The notes under the pieces are model-generated. The model worked only from the letters and a program-made list of their open reading frames with translations, was not told the origin of the DNA and searched no databases. The position numbers and the translations under genes were made by a program. 64,000 nt of DNA from Acanthaster planci (lineage: Eukaryota). Positions within the stretch are counted from its first letter, which is position 1. Each line of letters opens with the position of its first letter. The stretch is from assembly GCF_001949145.1 (NCBI RefSeq), contig NW_019091357.1, positions 2,039,704 through 2,103,703 of the forward strand, written 5' to 3'. Shown in pieces: positions 1 to 13,797 of the stretch.

Positions 1-2689
1 TCTCATACCTTGCTGCATACATGTATGTCCGTAGCTTAGACCCAAGCAGACTTGGAAGACTGTTTTTCCTGTAGTCTATTCATAGTGCATGTACACTGTA
101 CATGTACCATTCACAACTCACATTTCACTATTGATTTTTTCTAGCTACGGTTATGCGTTAGTTTAAACTGCAACTGCCTTGCCGAGGTCAAGTCAGGCTA
201 CCCACAGCTACGTTTCCTTGGCAATGCCTGTATTTTTTGTGGAAGAAAGCACTGGTACCAAAAGCTAGATCAACTCCCCAAAAGGGCTTCACTAAAGCAG
301 GGCCAGACAGTGCCTTAACAATGGGATAAGTGGAGCACAATGGTCCAACCCATGGCCCATTCAGTCTGCCAGTGAAGCTTTCCAGGTTGAATTATGGTGT
401 GTGGGGTTATGAAAGCACAAAGACCCCTCCCTTCAATGGCAGTTACCTACATTGTACCTTACATTACAGACATGTGCCAGCTTCCTCGAGTGGAATGTTA
501 GGCCATACAGATTGATTTGGTGACAGCAGTGCTATTCAAAATCACTGCTCCCATGAACATGTGCAACCAGGTACCTGCTGGTACAAATGTACACTGCTTC
601 ATGTTTTTGTGTTGGAGGCCTGTCTAGTGTACAGTGTACATGTACATTTATCCACACATGTACTCTACACTACTGTCGTACACATATGGCAGTACATGTA
701 CATTTGAGCTTTTTTTCACATGTGCATTGTTCATGTGCCATATATTTGTATGGGCACATGCATGGTTTATCTACATACAGTGTGTACATGTACATAAATG
801 TCTGTGAAACATTTGGGAATTGACGCATATTCAAGTGATACTGCTTGTCATGGCACCTGTTGTACTGGTACACCAGGCAGTCAGGATGTTCATCCGAGTT
901 ACCGTTTACCTTTTCATTATTGTTCTCTATTTTTAAAATTTCGTTTCATTTTGTTTTATTTTTTTAAAATTGTGGGAAAGTACATGTACATGAATCGTAG
1001 AAAACGAATTGACTCATTCTGTTCACGACTGCATGTTTGTTTGCCGGGACGGGGGACGCGGATTGCGTGAGCCCAAGCGGAATGGGACAAGGGGGATATC
1101 ACATTTTGTGAGAGTGTTACGGGCCATCATGGGGAAAGTCTAGGCCTCTACATGTACGTCAGAAAGCCAGAGCGTGCATTATATGTACGTGACGTCCATA
1201 CAAGAGCTAGCCAGAACCTTATTATGTTGGCTTTCCCAAAGGTGTGAAAGTGAAACACAGCGAGGGCACCCATGATGTGCGTCTCCACGCAGGCTTATTT
1301 CCCCATGGTCTTTGCACACTTGTTTTTGTGTTGATGCATGACGTACGCTTGTGCGGCGTGGCCTGTTTGTGCCGAATTTTGTTGTCCCCCGGGTCAGTTC
1401 CACGGAGAGAAGGGCTGCAAGACTTCAAAGGATTTTTTTATGGACTTGGAGGAAATTTAAGTAGCTGTGTTTTGAAACATAAACTTTCTTTGTACTTTGT
1501 TTTCTTTTGCATGTTCGCATGAGGATTTCATACGATTAAATTGATGTAAAACTGTGTTTAAAACACATTAGATCACGGAACAAATGTTCAAAACGGGCAG
1601 AAATGTGACCCATTTACAACCAAGCTCATTTCTCTTCCTGTTACCCTCCTATGCCAATGATACATGTACTTTCGCACTCTTGGTACGACTGTGGACGGGC
1701 CGTGACGTGCCCTATACATTCACAGAGTTTGACCATCTCATTTGTACGCACTCACTGGCTGCGAATGTGTGCATGTCTAACATGACATGACGTCCTCTGA
1801 CGTCTCCTGCCCCTGAAGTGTTGACGTGCCCAGGCGGCGCGCTGAGGATACAAGTAAAATGAATGCCCAGGCATCTCGGCCCAAATGCTGCCTCCACAAA
1901 CGTCCACATGTAGTACGTGACGCCAATCGTCAGCGAACTTATTAAGAGATGTGCGCAGTCTGATGTCACTGACTCATGCAGAGTACTGGTACCGTATATC
2001 TGTGCAGTGTTATATGATACTGCCAGCTGGCGTCCTGCACGCGGGCAGTAGGATCTGTAACCATGGTGATCGTCATAACGTTTCAATGTGGCATGGAACA
2101 TCACAGTATTGTTTTAATGTCAGAGAAGTATCCATCTAAGTTTTGATTGGGATGGGATAGCTTTCACTTCTCATCGTTGGTTAGAAAATTCTCTGTAAGG
2201 AGTCACGCACACAAGGGATATTTGACATCCATTTACTCCCTACCCCCAAATTACCGATATACGTTCCTTAACTGCATACCGGTACCCATCATGTGTAGTT
2301 GAGCCATTCTATTAATTGTGGGTCCAACACGTGACTTTTTCTGTCCATGCTACACCTGACCTGCAAAATTTGACAAGAGATATCAAGCTATACAAGTATG
2401 TCCTGTACTTTTGTTCGGCAGTTAATTTGCATTCGCTCTTGGAAAATTAACAAATTTTGAAACTTAAGAAACCATGCACCAGATGGACTGGTAACAGAAA
2501 CTGGACAAAACTGGACCTTAAATTTCCAGTTGTACTGGAATATGTCTCAAGCAGGTAGCTTTTTTGTAGGAAATGGTGTCAAAGGGCTTGTGTTTGCAAC
2601 AGACAACGAAAAACAAGAAAACTTCTTTAATCTCTGTTTATCATCAGTACATGTACACGTACATTTTCATGTACTTTACTGTACTTTAA

Positions 2690-2915
2690 CCCTAACCTTC
2701 CACAACCACACAGAGTTAAACAGCAGTGAAGTGTCTAATTTTGGGGGGATAGGTCTGGTAGGCCCATAACAGCTGGCTTTTGCATTGGGTTTGGCATACC
2801 TCAGGAAAACAAAGTCCAACAGCCTCTGCGCACAAAGTCCCATATGGGTGTGTACCTTTGTCATTGTTTGTGTGAATGGGGAAGGTTAGGGCTAGCAACC
2901 CTTGGGGGGTTAGGG
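2690..2915. mobile_element. piggyBac-like non-autonomous element (TTAA flanks, CCCTAAC...GTTAGGG ends), copy 1
   Basis: TTAA at 2686-2689 and 2916-2919; highly similar copy at 28652-28881. Confidence 0.7.
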
Positions 2916-4419
2916 TTAACATGTATGTGCATCTACATGTATGCTACATACTGGTACATGTGTAGTACATGTACATGTAGGGAAATAGTGGTGCATGTAC
3001 ACTGTACATGTACATAGATCTACACATGTTTGTGGATGTGGTCCGCAACCCTCTCCCATTTACATGTATCATACATGAATAGGCACACACATGTACACAC
3101 ATGTTTTTGAACTGCACTAACATGTACATGTAGTTAACCTGACTAATTTAAAAACACTGTGCGTTGCCAAATTTCATGGAAAACCGGTATTTCTTCTGCA
3201 TGGATACCTCCTACGGTACATGGTTGAATTATGGATACAGGCAGTCCAAAAAGAAACCCGTCCAAAAATTGAACCCACACTTTTGTTCAGTTTTACCAGT
3301 GCAATACACACCTGCATTTCTGTAACAAAGTGCTGCAGGAAAAAGAAATTCTTTTGGGATCAGAAGAAAAAGAAGAGTACCCCGTAAAGGATCTGTCTTG
3401 GGAGGAAAATTGCCCAGCTTTACAATGTACCCATGTACAATGATGTAGATCCAACTTTGAGCGATCACTTGACAGGGGGTGATTCTACTAACACATTTAC
3501 AGGAACTTTGGAAGTGATCGACAAAACATGCAAGAAATGCACATGTACATGTACACATGTACAGTACATGTACACCTGCCTTTATCGCGGCGAATCATGT
3601 CACGATTCCAGGTAATAAGCTCATGAGAAAATTGTTCCCGGTTCTTTGCACTTCCCGGCTGGCAACACTTAACAGCCCTTGCCTAATCACTAGTTTCCCC
3701 TGAAACACATGCATCATAGGTAGTTTTATGTACTTACTGTACATGTATATGAATTAACAAACAGGAAATTGCATTCACCTTTTCTTTCCGTTTGTTCCAG
3801 GAAACAGTGTAAACCTGTTATTTTGACTGGAGAAAAGATTATTTGCACGCGGGAAGGTCTGGAAAAATACATCATTTCTGGTATACATATATTTTTAGGA
3901 CAGAGTACACGTACATCATTAGCCCTTATTCATGGGTCGGCCATTTTGAAATTGAAAGTGAAATGAACTCTTCTTTTTTGAAACTTGAGAGCAAGAAAGA
4001 AAGCAATATTAGGAAGTTTGATAATGAATTAGTACCTTGCTACCTGATGAATAATTAAACTTAGAGTATCTTTGTATTTTAACCCAGCTTTTGAATAGCG
4101 TCGAAGGGAGGCTTTGAACACACGCCATCAGAAAACAGTCTGGTACCATCCAAATCAACAGTTAACAATTTGTAAAAACAGTTTTAGAGAAGCAGATTGA
4201 AAATGTCTTCCTTGTCATACATGTACCTGATGTCTATTGCCGTGGAGGTAATGTAGATGGTGACTTGCCGGATCCTTGAAAACGGCACGTTGTCAAGCCA
4301 AATTGTTGGACAGAGGGTAAATTTCCTCACAGTTTACTCTGAAGGCAACATCAGTCTAGATCTAAGACCAATTACCCAAATGGATAGCTGTCAGATATTG
4401 TCTGAATGTATGGAGAGGA

Positions 4420-7400
4420 TAGGAAAATGTGGCACATCTCCACAGGAATTTATCACTTGGGCTGACAAATTAATTGAAAAAGACATTCAGTGAAGCGCAT
4501 ACATTTAGCTTGACATCAACAGCCGTCAACCCTGCAGTGTACAATGTACATGTAAATTAAAAATCCAGGTGCTAGCCGTACCGGGTAAGCTTTCTTTAGT
4601 TCTGAGCCTAGTTGACGACCATCTCTTTAACAATTTCTGACGTGTTCCAAGGTACCCAAAGAACTACATGTAAGTGCAACAAGATTTCCCGTGCGCGTCC
4701 AGTCATTTTATTATCCGGGAGTGATGGAGACGTCAAACATGAACATGTAACTAATGTAATTATGAAGAATAATGTAACGTAATGAAATGGTGGAAAGTAC
4801 TGTTCATCAGGAACAATGAACGTAGAACTGTATTTCAGCAAGAGCTACATAGAAAATTGATCTCGAATTGTACATGTACATGTATTATTCAGTGATGATG
4901 CCTTATTAACCCTCTAAAGCTTTGATACATTCTTGACACAGTTGTCATATCCGTCAAAATCAGTCAAATTTCCCATACGTGTCTGCGTACTGGGGGAAAT
5001 CAATTGGAAGGCCTTTTTGACTGTTTTTGACAGTTAAAACACTAGGAGGGTTAATTAAGCTTCCTTTTGCTGTAACCGTCAAAAACAGTCGAAAATTCCT
5101 TCCACATAGACATATCATATGCCACTTGACTGATTTTGACTGATAGGACAACTGTGTTGAGAATGCGTCTTTTCATAGGAGGGTTAATGGAAAAAAGAAC
5201 CCTGGATGTAACTGGCTGTGGTTTTAGCTTTGTGCTAAGGGGGCTGTTTTTGTTTTTTTTTCAAAGTGGCTTTGGAGATTCTGTGAAGGAGGCATTCTTT
5301 GATTTATGTCAGAGCATTATGGTTTCTTTGGATCTGGAAAAAGGAGCATCCGTCGCTGAGAAAATAGCACCCTCTTTTGTTCCGGCTCTTATTTGCCGAG
5401 CTGAAAACGGCTGCAACAATACATGTACATGTAGTTGGCTATTGTGAGTGCTTGAGTATTAGTCGGAGGTCAAAATGACCATGACCGTACAGGTGGCACT
5501 CTCACCATGCAGTCACGCACAGAGCTTATTTTGAGAGTCGTGACCTCATTGTCACGCTGGACTAAGAAACGGTTGTTTGTTGTTGGCGTTGTGAATCTCG
5601 TCACTGACGTCACGTTGCATGACCTCATCATTCTGTATCTCACCATTTGAAAATGGTGATGGAATGGGTTTTACGGGTGAATTTTTTTCCCTGAATTACT
5701 GGTATTTTCAAAGTGTTTCACATCTAGCCTTGTCCTCCAATTTATCGTCTCATTTCATTGGTGATAGTTCTCAGTGGAGAGTTGATTGATTGATTTAATT
5801 TTGCTATGGTCGCATCGTCATCCTCTGGTGACTAAAGTGTTTGTCATTGTCACAGCTTGATGTCATAGGCACGTGGACAGCTATTTATCGTGTTCGCCCA
5901 GGTCTTAATGGTACATGTAACCATGGTGATGCTTGATAAAGTCGATTCAACCAAGTTATCATTTTTTTGTTTTGGACAATAGGATTATGCAAATAGTACA
6001 CATGTGACTTGCCTGTGATGATGACCGACGTTCATCATCGGCATAGCCCAATGCCAAAGTAGAACCTACTACCGAAGTCCTGTATTGATACAAGCATTGG
6101 GAGGATGACTACCTGTATTACGGTTAACAATCTTGTTCCCATTACAGTGTGCGTCGAAAACACCTGACCCACTTACCACACATTACCTCACTCTCACATG
6201 GGGGTATGTCATAGGAATTTACCAATGCCTGGTCTAGAACTACTCGTACACGTATCGGTAACAGTTGATATGGTTTATTATTTACAAACTAGGGAAAATG
6301 TGGCACATCTCCGTAGGAATTTATCACTTGGGCTGGTAAATTAATTAAAAAAGACATTCAGTGAAGCACATGGCTTGACATCAACAGCCATCAACCCTGC
6401 AGTGTACCGGTACATGTAAATCTTCCGTTGGCTTCCTGGAAGGCAACAGATTAAAAATCCAGGTGCTAACTGTACTGATTAAGCTTTCTTCAGTTCTGAG
6501 CCTACATGTACATGTAGTTGGTTACCTTCTCTTTAAAAGTTTTCTGACCTGTTCCAAGGTACTCAAAGAAATAAGTGCAACAAGATTTTCCGTGCACGTC
6601 CAGTCATTTTATTTGGGAGTGATGGAGACGTCAAACATGAACATGTAACTAATGTAATTATAAAGAATAATATAACGAAAGTTTCATTTTGTTACATTTC
6701 GTATTAAATACTGTGTTCACATGGTCACATGATCAGGAACAATGAACGCTGAATTTTCTAAATTGTTCTCGCACGTGTATCAACTAATTTAGCACCTCAA
6801 AGCTCGCAATTAGTCACACAGCACACCATATCCCCCTCTCCACACTGAAGTTGAAGACACAGTGCCCCGTGCAAATCTTGCATCCAGCCTAGGAAGAATG
6901 TTAGGAAGATTGACCCACTTGTAGCTCTGTAGACTCAAGTTTTCCCCATAAAGTCACGTTTGGGTCGACCCACTTTCAAAGTGTCTGGTGCTCCTTGAAT
7001 CTACCCAAAGATCTAAGATAAGCATGTGGCTGGTTTTCTCAAGAAAAAAGATTCCGAGTTCTGAATTGATTATACGGTACGTTGGCGCCCAGACTGTAAC
7101 CTCAGCTCATCCCTGATGGACAAGTTAGCACTTTTTTAATTTCAGAAGCTTTCTGAAGAGTTGAGCATGCCACTCGTGGAATTGACACTGATCAATTGAC
7201 ACTGATCAGTTGACAGTGGATAGACTACAAATGTACAAAATGTACATTGCAAGTAACTACCGGTACCTGTATTTCATGGTGGATGCTTTGTATTTCAGCA
7301 AGAGCTACATAAAAAGTCATCTCCAATTGTGCATGTTTTATTCAGCAATGATGTATTTTTAATTAATGAAAAAAAAAGAACCCTGGATGTAACCTAATGT

Positions 7401-9355
7401 GGTTTTAGCTTTGTGTGAATGTTGCCTTTTATTCAAAGTGGCCTTGGAGCTTATGTGAACCAGGCATTTGTTGATCTACGTCAAAGCATACATGTTTTCC
7501 TTGGGATCTGGAAGAAAATTGTAGGAATTTGCCCCTCGGATGAAAGCACCAACTGAGGTTCATCCAACCTGTCACACACCAGACAGGGCAATTGATTGAT
7601 AAATGCAGGGTTTGGGCTAATGTTTCAGTGTGCCACAAGATCTTCTGCCAGCTGATGAAGGCAATTGTGGAGATTCTTGCCCTATGCTACATGTAGTCTT
7701 CTGATGCTGGAGTTTGCTACATGTACAGTAGTCTGCCCATGCTGGAGACCTGAACGGTGTAATCTGTCAACTGAAGGCCTGCGCGAGCAAGGGCACTGAG
7801 TTGTAGATTATCATAAATCGGGCTTGAGGATTATGGTAATTTGCTCCTCCTTGCCAGGACAAATATTTGGAAATCTGGCTGGACTTTGTTGAACAGAGCG
7901 CACATGACACTTTTTTTTGAAACTGTTACTTCTACTGAAATTGTTGTTGCCGGTTCTTCATCGCTTGCAAACTTCAGCTTCCTGATACACTAACACTCAT
8001 TTGTTACATGTAACTCTGTACAACCCGTCGAGTCACTTGAGATCTGCTTACATGTATGTCTCCTTGGCTTGTTGTTTCCCACCCTCGCAATTCCTGAGGT
8101 GATTGATCATTTTCTCATGGACGTCTTCATCATTGGAATGAAGTGCCTTGCAGTACATGCATTTGTGCCTCCCGTTGATCTCTGTGTTTAAAGTTTCTTT
8201 AAAGAAAGATGTGTTTGTTGTGGCAAAGCTATGATATTTCTATTTCGTGTGATATTTTTGTTTCCTCCTTGAGGGTATCCGCCTTGAGCAGAAGCGCCCC
8301 CTCATTGGTCGAAAAGAGCTGCGTTGGTTGGGAGTGTTTAATTTGTTGGTAGCGATGCCACCGTGATGCGTGCTTTTCCTAGTCATTCGCAAACCAGTGA
8401 AGTTCAGTTCCGACCAAAAGAAAATAGTGCCCTCTCTTGGTCCAGCTCTTAATACTTGCATAGTTGAGACCACTGCAGCAGTACTGTAAAGTTGGCTATT
8501 GTGAGTGCGGTAGTGTTAGTCGGAGGCCAAAATGGCCATGACTGTGCAGGTGGCATACTCACCATGTAGTCATGCACAGAGCTTCTATTTTGAGCATCGT
8601 GACCTCATTGTCACGCCGGACCAGCACACGGTTGTTTGTTGTTGGCGTTGTGAATCTCGTCACTGACCTCAAATTGCATTACCTCATCATTCTTTGTCGT
8701 ACCAATTTGAAAATGGTGATGGAATGAGTTTTATGGGTGAACTTTTTCTGCTGAAATACCAGTATTTGCGAAGTCTGCGACATCTAGCCTGGTCCTCCAA
8801 TTTATCGTCTTGTTACAACTGTGAATAAGTCTCAATGCAGAGTTGATTGATTGATTTAATTTTGCCTTGGTCGCATTGCCATGCTCTGGTGACTCATGTG
8901 TTTGTCATTGTCACAGCTTGATGTCATAGGCACGTGGACGGTTGTTCACCGTGTTTGTCCAGGTCTTAGTGGTACATGTACTTGCGTCTCCAAATGCATC
9001 ATCATGTAACCATGGTGATGCTTGATAAAGAGGATTCAACCACTTTAACATTTTTGTTTGTTTGGACAATAGGATTATGCAAATAGGTACACATGTGACT
9101 TGCCTGTGATGATGACCGACGTTCATCATCGGCATAGCCCAATGCCAAAGTAGAACCTATTACCGAAGTCCTGTATTGATACAAGCATAGGGACGGATGA
9201 CTACCCGTATCATGGTTAACAATCTTGTTCCCATTACATTGTGCGTCGAAAACAGCTCACCCTTTTACCACACATTACCTCACTCTCACATGGGGGTATG
9301 TCATAGGAATTTACCAATGGCTGGTCTAGAACTACTGATACATGATATGGTTTAT
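4420..9355. repeat. Old diverged tandem duplication: copy A ~4420-6280, copy B ~6290-9355
   Basis: Collinear blocks 4421-4825 vs 6291-6748, 4829-4900 vs 7289-7353, 5188-5340 vs 7366-7515, 5432-6278 vs 8490-9355. Confidence 0.9.
4910..5183. mobile_element. piggyBac-like MITE inserted into duplication copy A
   Basis: TTAA|CCCTCTA ... TAGGAGGG|TTAA (TTAA at 4906-4909 and 5184-5187). The paralogous site in copy B (~7355-7370) is empty. Confidence 0.75.
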
Positions 9356-9720
9356 AATCATCTACAGTGTTTCTCCAACATAGCATGCTGCAGTTGTCAT
9401 GGTTACAGAATTTGGCTAATTTTAAATGGGATCTCGTTGCTGTGCAGGGATGATGGAGCGTAATTTCATTACCATGGAGACAGCTTTTGGATTTTGTTTT
9501 CAACAGTTGTACACCCACAAGACATCTATCAAACCAAACATTGTCTTTTTCTCCGGACATTTCCTCTGCTGTTGACTAGTTCTGATTAACTAATAGATCT
9601 CCGTAAAGACATGAATTTTCGCCCAGATGAGGAAGAATATACGGGCTGTTCATTTCTTAGGCATATACCTCCATTTGAGGCCTCGTCCCCATATTCGGTT
9701 CAGCCTCTGGAGTTGACCAT
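7850..9720 (-). pseudogene. Decayed coding sequence with a C2HC zinc-finger-like motif
   Basis: Long protein-like frames broken by stops and frameshifts. 8161-8087 reads CMYCKALHSNDEDVHEKMINHLRNC (Cx2Cx16Hx3C), in frame with ORF 8473-8240 across a single TAG. Confidence 0.45.
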
Positions 9721-10863
9721 ATGGAGTCAGTATTCTATGAACGTGATCATACAGTTTTGAACAGGTTTATATGGCAAAACGTGACCAGCACACACACATG
9801 CACAGCATAAATTGTCCCCGTTATGTTTTGGGTCTGCATAACATCTATATTCGGACATGTGCCTTGTCGCCTTGAACATTTATGAAAACTCCGAATGAGA
9901 AAAAAGATAGCGATAAATTGACCCAGAATGGAAAACAACGTACTCTACATGTGCATGTACAATAAGGATAACACCTGTTACAAGACACGGTGGGAAGCCA
10001 TTAACAAGTGTGAGAAATCGTCAGAAACAAACAGATAATGCAACGAAAGTACTGGTCCGCGTACATCTATATGTACATGTACGTGGATCTGGCAAGGCAA
10101 AAGTAGATTTGATACTGTCACCTGCTGGCATGTGTTCCTGTACATATGTCAACAATAACAAATACAGAGAAAACAAAACTAAATTACTGTCAATATTGGC
10201 AACCAGCGTTTTGTACATGTTTAATAGTCGACTCGTGATGGCATATACTGGGAAAAAATTAATGGAAAGACGGACTGATACATCTCTCTCTCTCTCTGAA
10301 AATGAGGGAGTTAGTGACAGCAGAGTCCTTCTTGTTGGAAGGTGGAAAACGTTCCAAAAGCTGGGAAATCTAAGGAACGGAGAGTAATAGAGACCAGACA
10401 GGGAGGTGGTGGCATGTGAAGGAAAGTCAAATCCATTTGTAGGGTCCATTTCTTACAAACATAGGGAATTATGTGTGTACATCAAACCAACAGAGACTAT
10501 GGGAAATAGACTTCACAAAGGCAGAACCTGTTACATGTATTAAATCCAACCATGCCAACAGTCCTCAATCCTCCAGTTTCAATATGAATTACACGCATCC
10601 CAGGGTTAGGGTTAAAAAAAAGAGAATTCAACTTCAAACGTTGCTTGGGATCTCTTTCATTGATCACTCGATAAAGTACATACCCGGTACTTAATGAGGG
10701 AGCTCTTGTGCAGTAATTGTTAACCGTGCATTGCCTTTTGTTACGTGTAATCCCAAACTTTGGCAGTAACCACGGCAACCAATCAAGCCATTATTGTTAA
10801 TTTTGTTTTCATCAGAGGCGTCTCTTTTTCTTTTTTCCTTTTCACATTTCTATGACACTGCAG

Positions 10864-10938
10864 GTAAAACGTCAATAGAGAAAGACAGCATCAGCAGAGT
10901 AGGAGAAGTGTGCCAACAACCTACCTTTGTCAGCCCAG
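10864..10938 (+). CDS. Candidate upstream stem-region exon of the GT7 gene
   Basis: Long polypyrimidine tract plus ctgcag acceptor and CAG|GTGAGC donor. 75 nt, phase 1-1, reads (G)KTSIEKDSISRVGEVCQQPTFVSP and splices in frame to 14279/14282. It supplies a Cys at the position expected for the GT7 stem cysteine. Confidence 0.6.
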
Positions 10939-12959
10939 GTGAGCGTTAAGTACGAGGAGAGGCCCCGACTGGGCAAGTTATCTATTACACACTTGGTCGC
11001 CAAAAAATTAAAAAAAAATAATAATTGCCGGTTTCATGCTTCAAGTGAAAGGATGTTGCCGTCTGTAATGCCAGCAACCGTAGTTTCAACTTCCTCCACC
11101 GCCAGTTCCATTTACACGTCAAAAAAACAAAAAAAGGAGCATATTTACCGGTATACTAGGGCTAATTTGGCCGGAACGACTGTATTGGAAAACAAAGATG
11201 TGCTCAGCATAGAAACCTGCTGCGCAAACGTTCTTAGCAACTCTGTCCGCCCGGAGGAGGAACAACCCCCCTTCCCCCTTCCCCCTTCATCGGTTGAAAA
11301 GCGTCACCTTGGTCGGGAGTGTTCAATTTTTGGGAGGGGGGGGTAGAAACACGACTATAATGCGTGCATTTCACAGTCATGAGTGAACCAGCTAAGTTCC
11401 CAAAGGAGTCTCCCTTGCTGGGGAAATTGCTCCCTCTCTCATCACCGCTCAGGGCGGATAATTTTGGACCAAGCAGGAGCATGCGTTTTGAGATTGGCAC
11501 GCCGTTCCAAGTGCTGTTCATGTACAGATTTGTCCAATAATTTATGCCAATCTGCGGGGTACACGTTCGAATAAGTAAAGCGTGGACCAGACTTCTGCTT
11601 GTGGACTCAGAGAACTGTTCTTGGTTCCTCCATACAAATTTCATGCAATGAAATCTAGTTTCTGGGGTTCGGAATGCTAGTTGGTGCATTTACACGTACA
11701 CTTTACTGAGATGGTCCCCAAGGCCACAGACTGAAAATTCTTTGACACATGCAGTCGACTTGTTGAATTGTTAGTGTCTGGGAAATATTACCGGGACTGT
11801 TATTCCCATTATGTATGTGATTGGATCTGATATATATTTTTGCCTGATTTGTCAAGACCTGTGTCTTTTCCCTGCCACTACTTAGATTTATGGCATTTCC
11901 ACCGTAATCTCACCTCTTTCCCAAGTGGCTGTCCCTCTAGGAAAAATAGAGCTGCTGATAACTGCCTATTCAGCATTAATGCAAATGTGAGATAGTTCTG
12001 CTCATGACTCACAGAATTTACTATTGAACATGTGTGATCAGATGATTAAAAAAACTGTACACATGTACAGCATTAACCCGAGGAATATTGAAAAGAAGCA
12101 TCACAAATTTGATGAAAAAATCTGACGTTTTATACGGTGTGCATCACATTTATTCTTTGTATGGTTGAAGTACATGTACATGTATACAATAAATTATCGG
12201 GATGCAAGAATTGGGAATGATTGATCGTTTTAATAACTGGCAGTTCGAATACACTTGCATGGGAAATCTAACAGCAGGTCTCTTAGATTGCATGTCATTT
12301 CTCGTTGCCTTTGTCTAGTAGAGTGAAAAACATCCACAGATGCGACGACTTTTGGTTTTGAGCTTATGTGGTGTGTCGCCAGACCATGTCCAAATGGATG
12401 CCATTTTTCAGTCATGTCTCAAGAAGCCTCATGTACATGTATGTTATTTATTGTAATCTGTTAAATGGGATGTTACCGGTACAAGACAAGATGTGCTTGT
12501 TTTTGGTTCCAAATGTGGCAATAATCATCCGCAGAACTAAGTGTACATTAGCCTTGAAAACAGGACACGTTATACATGTTTGTGTGGTAGAGTGCACGGT
12601 GCACGCGAAGAAGCTCCACACGTATACGTTCGTTTCCCTCAAGGGGCCTTCAATACGGTCAGGAAAATAAACCGGGACAGGCTGTCAACAAGACGGTAAC
12701 GCGGCCGTCGAATGGTTATGGGCCATGCATAACTTGGGAACCCAAACTATTGATTGGAATGCGGGAATCAATTGGTTGGTGTAACCAACCAGTCGGTCAT
12801 TATAGCCGGTTTGGTGTTCACGCAGTGATGCCAACATCATACAGGCAAGTGAGCACTGGTACTGTACATGTACATTGTATATATATGGTACAGTGTATCT
12901 GTTCTGACCATAAGGGGATGAGAGATTTTACGCAACTACCTGCATGTATGTAAATACAT

Positions 12960-13153
12960 GAATATGCTTGAAACATGCTTGAAATATAATTTGAATATGC
13001 TTGAAACAGGTCTCCGTAGTGCAACTTCTCTCATGTTGTTCAAAACAAAAGAAAAATCTCCCTTCTTTTCTATCAATTTTGCATTTGAATATTCCAATTC
13101 AGAAAATAATAATTGAATATTCAATAATCGATCGGATATTCGGCACAACCCTA
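12960..13153 (-). mobile_element. Truncated copy of the hAT MITE family also at 37351 and 62705
   Basis: Shares ttgaaacag..ctccgtagtgca..ttttgcatttgaatatt..caacccta with the other two copies. Confidence 0.7.
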
Positions 13154-13675
13154 CCCAACCCAAGTCTCAGTGCTCCCCAAATCCACTTAACACAGATTTA
13201 TTGTGTTCATTAACATGTGTCAGTAGGTTCTAAATTGCTGTGCAATGTCGCACTGCGTGACCCCACATGGATGAGGGATCATACACAATGCGCGCCAGTC
13301 TGCACAGCCCTGTCACACAAGCAAACGCTGCCTCAATTCGGTCAGCCCTGATGAAGCGCCCAGTTTTGCAATTTACTCTGCTTACGGTGTTTCCTGTTAC
13401 CAAAACTGTGCATACATGTGCAGATATGGTACATGTACATGACATGTCAATCTGCACGTACAGATTTAGGGTGTCCGAGAATCATGACGTGCATTAATCA
13501 CCGTCAACTACCCGCAGAGAATTCCCACACATTTATACATGTACCAGTTAAAAACTCGGAACAACTCGGAACATTTAACGGCATCCTTCCTGTTGTTGCC
13601 AAATGTCCTGACCTTGTCTGTAGCCTCGAGGAATTTCCTTAATCCCTTTTGCACTGGATCCATGCAAGTAAAAGC

Positions 13676-13797
13676 CAGAATTGTAATGAGTCGCCGATTT
13701 TTGTGACTCGAGTCGAGTCTTTTTACAGCAGAGACTCGAGTCGAGTCACCCAAAAATGCAACTCGAGTCGGACTCGACTCGAGTCATTACAACTCTG
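13676..13797. mobile_element. hAT-type MITE with GACTCGAGTC subterminal palindromes
   Basis: TIRs CAGAATTGTAATGAGTCG / CGAGTCATTACAACTCTG; perfect 8-bp TSD GTAAAAGC (13668-13675, 13798-13805). Confidence 0.85.
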
